Below, piece after piece: positions 1-8,229 of a stretch of 26,661 nucleotides of DNA (within the stretch, counting starts at the first letter, position 1; the number at the start of each line of letters is the position of its first letter). A program made the position numbers and the translations under genes. The notes beneath the pieces were generated by a model. It saw only the letters and a program-made list of their open reading frames with translations, ran no database searches and was not told where the DNA came from. This stretch comes from a virus (lineage: Duplodnaviria > Caudoviricetes), in IMG/VR virus record IMGVR_UViG_3300020045_004506, positions 1 through 26,661 of that record; one strand, given 5' to 3'.

Positions 1-120
1 AGGTATACCAATACTCATGCTTTGAATCTGATAGCCAGCCGGTTGTATAACAACTGGAGTACCACTAGGGTCTGCAATCATGTAAACAGTTAAATCGCCA
101 GTTGCGTAAGTTCCGGAAGC
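1..120 (-). pseudogene. Inverted fragment, probably an upstream part of the tail fibre gene (runs off the window edge)
   Basis: Reverse frame from 120 reads ASGTYATGDLTVYMIADPSGTPVVIQPAGYQIQSMSIGIP without a stop, with beta-rich tail-fibre-like composition. The tail fibre + frame has a stop at 91-93. Confidence 0.65.
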
Positions 121-1353
121 ACAACTTCCGCTAGCGGATCTGTATCATTTTCGCTTCCTTCCGGTCTATCTATTGATACGGGAAAAATATCAAGCAGCAC
201 TAGGGGTCCGGTAGGTACGTTTAAAGGATACGACTCAAGTACGGGATCGGTTTATAACGGCAGTGTTAGATACGCTACAACGACTACAGTCTCCCTGCAT
301 GTTTTTACTCCTGTATCGACTTTTACAGATGACGCCGCTGTTAATGCGACGGTTCCTGTAACCTGGGCAACCGGGGACATATTCTTTTTTGATTTCGAAG
401 TGCCAATCACCGGCTGGTCCTCCACCGTGCAGATGTCGAATGATACGGATACTAGGGTGGTTGCTACTGCTGCTAATGGTTCCGCTACGGCTTTAACTTC
501 GGGGGTGACGGCGGATGTCGCATGGACCACTACTGAGGCTGATACACATGGCGCTTTCGGTGGAACGACATACACTGCTCCTGTTCCTGGTTGGTATGAC
601 TTTTCTACCCAGTTTAGAATAAATACCAGCGGCGTTGTAGCTGGAACATCTAATGCTCAGGTAATTCTTCTTAAGAACGGTGCTACAACAATAGCTCAGC
701 AGACTGAGATTGCATGGTCAACGAGTTCGACGTCTTTTTGGCCGAAGCTAGCGAAACTTGTATATCTTCTAGCCGGAGAAACTATTAAAGTTCAGCTTAA
801 CGTCACGGCAACAACGCCAACTATTTCTGGTACAGCCAGTAATAATTTACTTAATATTAAACGCATCTCCGGCCCCAGCGCCATTGCTGCTAGTGAGACG
901 GTGGCTGCTAGATATTCGACTAATACAGCTCTTTCAATTGCAAGCGCTTCTACGCAGTTCATGGACTTTGAAGATAAAGATTATGATACGCATGGAATGG
1001 TATTAGGTGCGGGGAGTAATATAGTAGGCACCACTAACACAGGATTTAGAGCTGTGGCACCTATTGCAGGAAAATATCATGTAGATATTAGCGTACAATT
1101 CGATAGCGCCACATTCACGGCGACGACTCTTTTAGAGATTGAAATTATGGTGGATAACGTATCTAAAGCGTCTTTCCAACAATCAGTTGAGACAACTGGA
1201 ACAAGAAGATTTTCATTACATACGTCAACAGACGTAAGTCTTACAGCGGGTCAGCGCGTAGAGATTATTATATTTCATAACGAAGGGACTGCAAGGCTCC
1301 TAAGGCCTAGTGGATCATATAATACATTCACTATAAGACGGGTAGGTAACTAA
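115..1353 (+). CDS. Tail fibre / receptor-binding protein, C-terminal part with two C1q/TNF-like domains (5' end broken by a strand switch)
   Basis: The 400..1353 frame is open upstream to 94 (GSTTSASGSVSFSLPSGLSIDTGK...TWATGDIFFFDFEVPI), so GTG400 is probably internal. S/T/G-rich, with two C1q-type motifs: YTAPVPGWYDF and AVAPIAGKYHV. Confidence 0.8.
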   Translation, partial: GSTTSASGSVSFSLPSGLSIDTGKISSSTRGPVGTFKGYDSSTGSVYNGSVRYATTTTVSLHVFTPVSTFTDDAAVNATVPVTWATGDIFFFDFEVPITGWSSTVQMSNDTDTRVVATAANGSATALTSGVTADVAWTTTEADTHGAFGGTTYTAPVPGWYDFSTQFRINTSGVVAGTSNAQVILLKNGATTIAQQTEIAWSTSSTSFWPKLAKLVYLLAGETIKVQLNVTATTPTISGTASNNLLNIKRISGPSAIAASETVAARYSTNTALSIASASTQFMDFEDKDYDTHGMVLGAGSNIVGTTNTGFRAVAPIAGKYHVDISVQFDSATFTATTLLEIEIMVDNVSKASFQQSVETTGTRRFSLHTSTDVSLTAGQRVEIIIFHNEGTARLLRPSGSYNTFTIRRVGN

Positions 1354-1354
1354 C

Positions 1355-1549
1355 ATGCCATACGTTAAAGGTAAATGGATGGACCCCGAAGAATACGCTA
1401 AGCTCTTTTCAAAAGGAGCTAGAGGCGGCCAAGAAGAACGTAAGCCTGTAGACCCCGGAGCCGAGTACGACCCTAATGATTACGAAGACGACGGTAAGCC
1501 TAAAAAGCCTTCGCCGTGGAAAAAATTAACTAAATATTTTGGCAATTAA
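1355..1549 (+). CDS. Small hypothetical protein, possibly virion-associated
   Basis: ATG 1 nt after the previous stop; charged 64-aa ORF in operon orientation. Confidence 0.7.
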   Translation: MPYVKGKWMDPEEYAKLFSKGARGGQEERKPVDPGAEYDPNDYEDDGKPKKPSPWKKLTKYFGN

Positions 1550-1571
1550 GCGAAAATAAACAGGAGATAAA

Positions 1572-1985
1572 ATGGAAGCATTCAAGAAATTAATGGATAA
1601 AAAGAAAAAAGACAAGCCTATGTCGGATATTGCTAAAGACGCTAAAATGTCTGTAGTGAAAGACCTCTCTGATATGGCATCAAAAGCTATGAAGAGCGGC
1701 TTAAAAGGCGGCGTGAAGAAAGTTTCGGTCCTATCGGACACGAAAGAAGGCTTAGAAGCCGGTCTTAAGAAAGCTGAAGACTTAGTTGACAGCAAGAAAT
1801 TCGGCAGCATGGACGAAATGATGGAATCTGAGCCCGGTGAAGAACTTGCCGAAGCAGAAGAAGAACTTCCTATCAGTCCCGACGAAGGCGAAGAAAATCT
1901 TGAAGAATGTTCTGAGGAAGAAATCGACGAGAAACTAGCTAAGTTAATGGATATGAAGAAAAAAATGCAAGCTAAGAAAGCTTAA
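1572..1985 (+). CDS. Hypothetical protein with basic N-terminus and acidic C-terminal half
   Basis: Strong SD (AGGAG) 5 nt before the ATG; Lys-rich then Glu-rich helical sequence. Confidence 0.8.
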   Translation: MEAFKKLMDKKKKDKPMSDIAKDAKMSVVKDLSDMASKAMKSGLKGGVKKVSVLSDTKEGLEAGLKKAEDLVDSKKFGSMDEMMESEPGEELAEAEEELPISPDEGEENLEECSEEEIDEKLAKLMDMKKKMQAKKA

Positions 1986-2039
1986 TTATTTCTTCTGCTC
2001 AATTGCCGTCGGATTTAAATAGAAATAGGAAGTACAAAC

Positions 2040-2570
2040 ATGGCCACTTATAAACCTTTCATGACGAGCAGAGATTTAATCAATGCTGTCAAAAGGAAGA
2101 TTCTTTTTCCTATATCACAGAATACTTTTAGTGAAAGTGACCTGTTGGCCTTTGCTAACGAAGAAATGCAAATTTCTCAAGTGCCCAGCATATTACAATT
2201 CCACGAAGAGTATTTTGTATATAATAAAGTTCTCCCTCTAGTTTCAAATATAAGTCGTTATCCTGTACCCAACAGAGCGATTGGTATGCGTTTGCGCGAC
2301 CTAGCTTTCTCTGACTCAGTTGGCAATGTCTATGAAGTGACTCGCATTAACTCCGACGATAAGTCTTTCTTTCAACAAAGTACAGGCACTTCGGAAACTA
2401 TCCACAAGTATTACCTAGAGGGTAATGACGTAGTATTAACTCCCTCCATTGGAGCAAATCCTACTACCGGCAACGTCAACTTCTATTTTTATCTCCGACC
2501 AAATCAATTAGTTGATGACACCCGGGCTGCTAAGATGCGAGCTGCTGTACGTTCGGCTAGGCCGGTATGA
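2040..2570 (+). CDS. Head-tail adaptor / tail tubular protein A-like, N-terminal part (interrupted at ~2530 by an inverted segment)
   Basis: N-terminal 'DLINAVKRK...FSESDLLAFANEEM' helical pattern typical of adaptor proteins; AGGA SD; lies upstream of the nozzle-like gene. Its apparent continuation is on the - strand at 2526-2797. Confidence 0.7.
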   Translation: MATYKPFMTSRDLINAVKRKILFPISQNTFSESDLLAFANEEMQISQVPSILQFHEEYFVYNKVLPLVSNISRYPVPNRAIGMRLRDLAFSDSVGNVYEVTRINSDDKSFFQQSTGTSETIHKYYLEGNDVVLTPSIGANPTTGNVNFYFYLRPNQLVDDTRAAKMRAAVRSARPV

Positions 2571-2797
2571 AGGTCCGGGGGGATCTGAGGGATAATACAT
2601 TCGTTAGCGAGGGCAATGTAATCACCTACGACAATGGGCATATATACAAGAACTTGTCCTGTACCAGTAGAAGAATAATGTTGAAGGCTTGTTTTAGCAA
2701 ACGTTCCTTGTGTACCAGAAGCCGTAACAAGAGTTACGTCATATGTGTAGGTGCGATGTCCGGGATTAGTTTGTAGAATGTCAACGAGAGCACTATT
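2526..2797 (-). pseudogene. Inverted internal fragment of the adaptor gene
   Basis: Reads NSALVDILQTNPGHRTY...VGDYIALANECIIPQIPPDLHTGLAERTAARILAA. The 'PQIP..LH..L...AA' pattern resembles the C-terminal helix entry of head-tail adaptors. It has no credible start of its own. Confidence 0.7.
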
Positions 2798-3345
2798 ATA
2801 AATGCAATAAAGTAAACAAAAAAACAGGAAAATTTTCAAATTCAAAACGATGGATTTCTAAGCTAAAAAAGAATGGAAAAATTTTTAAAGTAATTTATTT
2901 GGAATATGTCGATAACGCTGAAGATCTATATGAAAAGGAAGAATTTTATATAAACTATTTTAAGTTTATTGGATGCGATCTATTAAACCATTATTCTCGT
3001 GAATTTCAGTCTTCAAAAGAGTCGATTAGCGTCCAAGCCAGAGCTAAAATTTCCCAGGAAACTAAAAAGGCGCTGGATAATCCGGAAATGAAGGAGTTTT
3101 TTAGACAAAATGCCTATAAAACTATCGCCGGTTATAATAAAGGTAAGAAATTTTCTCAAGAATTTAAAGATAAAATTAAAAAATCTCAGGAACATAAAGC
3201 ATGGAAGTTCGAGATTAAGGGCTCCATATGTATAGGATTTCACGACGCGGCTAAAGCTATCGGGTGTTCTGTATCGGCTATAAATCATTACGTTCAAGGG
3301 CGAACCTCAGCTATTTATGGTAATAAATACAGGTTTTGGAGATAA
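2788..3345 (+). pseudogene. GIY-YIG homing endonuclease with NUMOD3- and NUMOD1/HTH-like DNA-binding motifs; N-terminal GIY/YIG motifs missing
   Basis: Frame open from 2770: EHYYKCNK...KRWISKLKKNGK...LEYV...EKEEFYINYFKFIGCDLLN (catalytic Glu/Asn region), NKGKKFSQEFKDKIKKSQ, DAAKAIGCSVSAI. AT-rich relative to its flanks. Confidence 0.7.
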
Positions 3346-3348
3346 CAA

Positions 3349-6300
3349 ATGGCATCTACTGTACTACTTAAAGCCATTGGTCTTGACACACAAGGCAATG
3401 CATTAGCTCAAGATGATGGATCTTTCGATGTTGCGTCTAATATTATTATTAAACGTGATAACGTCATTGAATCTCGTCGTGGCTTTAAGCTTTTTGGTAA
3501 TACATTTGGTACATCTGTAAATATAGCCAAGCAACTACTTAGTTATAAAGATCTTTTACTACGTCATTATAATTCTACTCTTCAATTTCAAACTAGCCTA
3601 AACGGCGAAGTTTTTAGTTCTTTCTCTGGAACATATTCGGAGCCCGAGGCAGGAATTCGCATTAAGGGCGTTGAATCTAACGGTAACTTCTATTTTACTA
3701 CAGATTCTGGTATTAAGAAGATTTCAGCTAAAACAACCGATCAACTTTCTACGGCAGCTAGTTATATTACTAATGCTGGCGGAGTTAAAGCTCTTGACAC
3801 ACAAGCACATTTAACTGTCACCTTGGGTGCTATAAACGGCTTTCTTCCCGCTGACAGCGCCGTTGCATATCGAATTGTTTGGGGTATTAAAGACGCTAAC
3901 GGAAATCTTGTACAAGGAACTCCTTCTGAGCGTTCTGAAGTTTATAACCCCCTTTCGAATCTTATTGCACAAGATCTTAACAGACTCTTAGAAGCGCTAG
4001 ATAACGTTGGCTATAATAACGTTGGTATCTTTGTAGATTCAGCGGCAGGCTGGCCTTCTGGCGGCTTTATGGACAACTATAAGGTTCCGTATACAGCAGA
4101 CGGCAGCAGCTTAGCTACCCAAATTATAGCTCTCGGTACGGCCATTGACGAAGCTATCTTATACGCCACGGATTCGGGGGGCGGGGTCCCTCTTAATATT
4201 GTTTCAACTGCTATTGCAGGAACTACTTGTACAATTACAGTTAGCGGAGCAAGCGCCTCTAGTTATCTAGACGTTGGTGATAAGATTTATCTAACAGGAT
4301 TTTCTCCAACAACAGGAACTCTTGATGGGATTCGAACTGTTACAGATGTTACGGGAACTACTATTGTTTTCGTTACGAGCGCTACAGGTCCCGTTACACA
4401 TAGCGTAAATGCCACAATTGAGTCCGGGGCTTACAGAAATATTCTAGCCACAGACGGCGCTGAATACGATGATCTTAATACTCTTATCATTGACACCCCC
4501 GCCACTCATGACCAATTAGCCGCCATTCAGGAAACCCTTGAGCGGTTTATGACCCAGCTACAGGATGAAATTGTCTCTATAATCGGAGCTACTCCTCAGG
4601 CGACATTCATTACCCCTTTAGCTGTCACAACTTCGGCCTCTGTTACATTAGAATTTACTATTCCCGATGATGTAACAGTAAATCACTTTTATCAAGTATA
4701 CAGAAGTACCATTGTAGAAGCTACTCAAACTACTGTACTTACAGATTTAACTCCTTCTGACGAGCTACAGCTTGTCTATGAAGCATTCCCAACAGACCCT
4801 CAGCTTTCAGCACAAGAAGTTATTGTAGAAGATATTACCCCCGATCAGTTTCGCGGGGCTAATCTTTATACAAACGCTTCTACTGGCGAAGGCATCTTAC
4901 AGGCGAACGACGTTCCTCCAGCAGCTAAAGACATTAATAAATTCAAGAACTATACGTTCTTTGCTAATACACGTACTAGACATAGATATTCATTAAACAT
5001 GCTTGGAGTACAAGCGCTAATTGATGATTATAATGCCGGTATTACACCCACTCTTACAATTGCAACAGATGCTGGCTCAGAAACCTTTAAGTTTATTACA
5101 GGCGTTGCTGAAGTTACTAGTATTCTATGTGATGATGCTTCTGCATTCACTGCGGGACAATACTTTACACTTAATTCAGCCAATGATACATTTATGTATT
5201 ACTTCTGGTTTAGAATCGACGGAGCTGGCTCAGACCCTGCCGTTGCTAATAAAACAGGAGTTGTAATTGATATTTTGTCAACAGACCTAGATGCTGACGT
5301 TGCGGATAAAGTTAAGCGGGCTATTGCCGCTGTTAATATTAACTTCGGGGCTGAAATTGTAAGCTCGCCAACTGTAATAGTTACAAACGTTGACGAAGGA
5401 CCTTGCGCAGACGCAACAGAAGGTACTGCTACAGCGCTTACTGTCACAGTAACAACTCAAGGCGAAGGAGAAAAAGCTAGCGATAATGAAGTATTGCTAT
5501 CGCAGCTAGCTTCAGTAGCCCGCGCTGTAGACCTTACAGCTCGCTCTTTGGTTCGCGTAATCAATAGAAGTACGTCTTCTGTATATGCATATTACTTGTC
5601 TGGATCTACCGATGTTCCGGGCAAGATGTTATTTGAGTCGCGGACCCTTACAGACACAGATAATCCTTTTTATATAATGGCAAATAGCTCTAATACTGGA
5701 TCATCTTTTAATCCGGTTGTTTCCCCCGATCTTAGCGTGAATGCCGGAACAAGCATTCTCTTTGATAACCCAGCATCCGGTCAAGTTAGACTCAACGTTA
5801 CAGATCACGGTTTATTAACCGGAGATCAAATTCTTATTTCGGGAAGCTATAACGCGTCTCCTTCTATTGACATTGATGGAATCTATACAATTACCACTAT
5901 TTCAAGTAGTGCGTTCTGGATTGTCGCGTCTTTAGGCGCAGATTCTACTGTTGTTGCTAACGAAGTAGGTATTAGCTATTTACCCGACGTTGATACATCG
6001 GACAATGAAGTTAGGCCTAATAGAGTGTATTACTCAAAACTTCAACAACCTGAATCAGTTCCTTTAGTTAATACCATTGATGTTGGCGCTGAAGATAAAG
6101 CAATTTTACGCATTGTACCTCTACGAGACTCTCTTTTCGTCTTTAAAGAAGACGGCCTATACCGAATTTCAGGCGAAAGCTCTCCCTTCACTCTGTCTTT
6201 ATTCGATGCGTCCTGCATTCTCGTTGCCCCCGATTCAATTGGCATTCTAAACAACGTAGTGTATGGCTGGACTAAAAAAGGCATTGAAAACATCACAGAA

Positions 6301-7755
6301 TCCGGCGTACAGACTATTTCACGTCCAATTGACGTTGACGTGCTTCCTAAGGCGTCTGCTCAGTATCCGGACTTCAGAACTGCTACATGGGGCGTTGGCT
6401 ATGAATCCGATAACGCTTATATAGTATTTACCGTTGTTGAAACTACTGATAGTATTGCAACAACTGCTTACCGTTACAGCAATCTTACCGGTAGCTGGAC
6501 TACCATGGACAAGACAAACACATGTGGTATTGTCGGGGCTGACGATAAGCTTTATATGGGCGCGGGGGATACAAACTCCATCGAGCAAGAACGTAAAGAA
6601 TTTAGTCGTACAGACTATGCGGATCGCGAATTTGAGAAAAATGTACAGTCCGGCTCTTTATCAAATAACGGCCTAACTATTCTATTTACTTCTGTAACAG
6701 ATTTTGATATTGGCGATGTCCTTGTACAAGAGCAACAACTAACTATTTATGAATATAACGCTCTTCTACAGAAGCTTGATATTGATCCGGGCGTCGGAGA
6801 TGCGAATTATTTTAGCACACTAGCGGCTGTTGCTGGAGATAATCTTCGAACTAAGCTTGTACAATTGGCAACAAAGCTCGATGCTGACTCTTTGGGATAC
6901 AGTGATTATAAAGATCGCATTACTGCGGGAGCCGGGCCATACAGTGTCGCAATTACGTCTGTTTCTGTAGCTAACCCTACAGTTATTACGACAGCGGCTG
7001 CTCATTCTTTGTACACCAACCGTTATATCACTATATCGGATACCGATACAAATGCTTCGATCTTGGGAACATTCCAGGTTACTTATGTTAGCGATACAAC
7101 TTTTTCAATCCCAGCCAACGTTATTTCTGTTGCCGACGGGGTAGGAACTTTCACAAGAAACGAACAGTCATTTGATGATATTAAAGCTTGCTACAATATT
7201 CTTATTGGAAGACTTAATACTGATACAGTAGTTACTTTCGGTAATTATGCAGAAACAGACACAACTACTACACAAGAAGTTGTAATTACTGCTATTAACA
7301 GAGTGACCAAGCGAGTCACAGTAAATCAAGCTTTAGATTTCGTTGTTGGTCCTATTACTTTGTACAAGCATATTGAAACTAGTTTTGTATACAAGCCTCT
7401 CACAATGGGCGATCCTTTGGGCTTTAAGCACGTTCGCGAAGCTACTGTCATGTTCCAAAATAAAGCGTTTACTAGCGCGACAGTCAGCTTTGCGACAGAT
7501 CTTTTGCCCGCGTTCATTGATGTTAATTTTAATGCTGATAGCAATGGTATATTCGGTATGGGTGGATTCTTTGGGTCTGGATTCTTCGGCGGGGCTTCTA
7601 ACAGCGCGCCATTCAGAACTTACGTCCCCGGGCCTTGCCAACGTTGCCGATATATAGTGTTGAAGTTTACGCATAGAATTGCCCGCGAACAATATGCAAT
7701 TTACGGGGTCAGTTTGACTGGTGAATTTGGCCAAAGCTCAAGGGCCTACAAATAG
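3349..7755 (+). CDS. Tail nozzle / tail tubular protein B-like (DNA stabilisation protein) with inserted beta-rich domains, 1468 aa
   Basis: Propeller-type motifs (NRVYYSK..QPESVP, LRDSLFVFKEDGLYRISG), C-terminal GIFG/GFFG repeats, FCCH-like inserts (ITSVSVANPTVITTAAAHSL); lies between adaptor and ejection genes. Confidence 0.75.
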   Translation: MASTVLLKAIGLDTQGNALAQDDGSFDVASNIIIKRDNVIESRRGFKLFGNTFGTSVNIAKQLLSYKDLLLRHYNSTLQFQTSLNGEVFSSFSGTYSEPEAGIRIKGVESNGNFYFTTDSGIKKISAKTTDQLSTAASYITNAGGVKALDTQAHLTVTLGAINGFLPADSAVAYRIVWGIKDANGNLVQGTPSERSEVYNPLSNLIAQDLNRLLEALDNVGYNNVGIFVDSAAGWPSGGFMDNYKVPYTADGSSLATQIIALGTAIDEAILYATDSGGGVPLNIVSTAIAGTTCTITVSGASASSYLDVGDKIYLTGFSPTTGTLDGIRTVTDVTGTTIVFVTSATGPVTHSVNATIESGAYRNILATDGAEYDDLNTLIIDTPATHDQLAAIQETLERFMTQLQDEIVSIIGATPQATFITPLAVTTSASVTLEFTIPDDVTVNHFYQVYRSTIVEATQTTVLTDLTPSDELQLVYEAFPTDPQLSAQEVIVEDITPDQFRGANLYTNASTGEGILQANDVPPAAKDINKFKNYTFFANTRTRHRYSLNMLGVQALIDDYNAGITPTLTIATDAGSETFKFITGVAEVTSILCDDASAFTAGQYFTLNSANDTFMYYFWFRIDGAGSDPAVANKTGVVIDILSTDLDADVADKVKRAIAAVNINFGAEIVSSPTVIVTNVDEGPCADATEGTATALTVTVTTQGEGEKASDNEVLLSQLASVARAVDLTARSLVRVINRSTSSVYAYYLSGSTDVPGKMLFESRTLTDTDNPFYIMANSSNTGSSFNPVVSPDLSVNAGTSILFDNPASGQVRLNVTDHGLLTGDQILISGSYNASPSIDIDGIYTITTISSSAFWIVASLGADSTVVANEVGISYLPDVDTSDNEVRPNRVYYSKLQQPESVPLVNTIDVGAEDKAILRIVPLRDSLFVFKEDGLYRISGESSPFTLSLFDASCILVAPDSIGILNNVVYGWTKKGIENITESGVQTISRPIDVDVLPKASAQYPDFRTATWGVGYESDNAYIVFTVVETTDSIATTAYRYSNLTGSWTTMDKTNTCGIVGADDKLYMGAGDTNSIEQERKEFSRTDYADREFEKNVQSGSLSNNGLTILFTSVTDFDIGDVLVQEQQLTIYEYNALLQKLDIDPGVGDANYFSTLAAVAGDNLRTKLVQLATKLDADSLGYSDYKDRITAGAGPYSVAITSVSVANPTVITTAAAHSLYTNRYITISDTDTNASILGTFQVTYVSDTTFSIPANVISVADGVGTFTRNEQSFDDIKACYNILIGRLNTDTVVTFGNYAETDTTTTQEVVITAINRVTKRVTVNQALDFVVGPITLYKHIETSFVYKPLTMGDPLGFKHVREATVMFQNKAFTSATVSFATDLLPAFIDVNFNADSNGIFGMGGFFGSGFFGGASNSAPFRTYVPGPCQRCRYIVLKFTHRIAREQYAIYGVSLTGEFGQSSRAYK

Positions 7756-7764
7756 AGGTTATCT

Positions 7765-8178
7765 GTGAAATTACCGGGACTTAGACGAATCTACACTCCT
7801 GACTTTCCGCAAGAGTACGCAGCTCTTGTTGATAAGCTTTCAGGCGTTTTGAATATCAATCAACAGGTTGTTTTTGATGCTTTAAATAAAAAAGTATCTA
7901 TTAATGACAATATTGATTGTATTGTTAAAGATTTCAGCGTAACTGTAGATGCCTCCGGAATTCCCACTATTCCTACTATCTTTACATTAGACGATAAGAC
8001 TCGGAATTTACAGGGAATTGAAGTTATTCGAGCTGCGAATCTAACAAATTCAAGTATTTATCCAACCGGGGCTCCTTTTATTACCTGGCAACAAGTTCAA
8101 ACGGGAATACAAATTCAACATGTTACAGGCCTTCCGGCTTCTAACACTTTTAGTATAAAGATCATTGGCTATTATTAA
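7765..8178 (+). CDS. Small virion/tail structural protein
   Basis: GTG start with GAGG SD; helical N-terminus and beta-rich C-terminus; directly after the nozzle-like gene. Confidence 0.65.
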   Translation: MKLPGLRRIYTPDFPQEYAALVDKLSGVLNINQQVVFDALNKKVSINDNIDCIVKDFSVTVDASGIPTIPTIFTLDDKTRNLQGIEVIRAANLTNSSIYPTGAPFITWQQVQTGIQIQHVTGLPASNTFSIKIIGYY

Positions 8179-8229
8179 TTAATTCTTTCATATAAAACAT
8201 GAAAAATTACCAACTTATATAGGGTATCT

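Noticed and set aside
400-402. GTG start for the tail fibre
   Set aside because: The frame is open and fibre-like back to ~115 and there is no SD; the GTG is probably an internal Val.
400-1353. Diversity-generating retroelement target in the fibre tip
   Set aside because: No template/variable repeat pair and no reverse transcriptase seen in the window.
2504-2845. 113-aa minus-strand ORF as an independent secreted protein
   Set aside because: Its hydrophobic 'N-terminus' is the antisense of the Lys-rich nuclease sequence; only 2526-2797 looks coding, as an inverted adaptor fragment.
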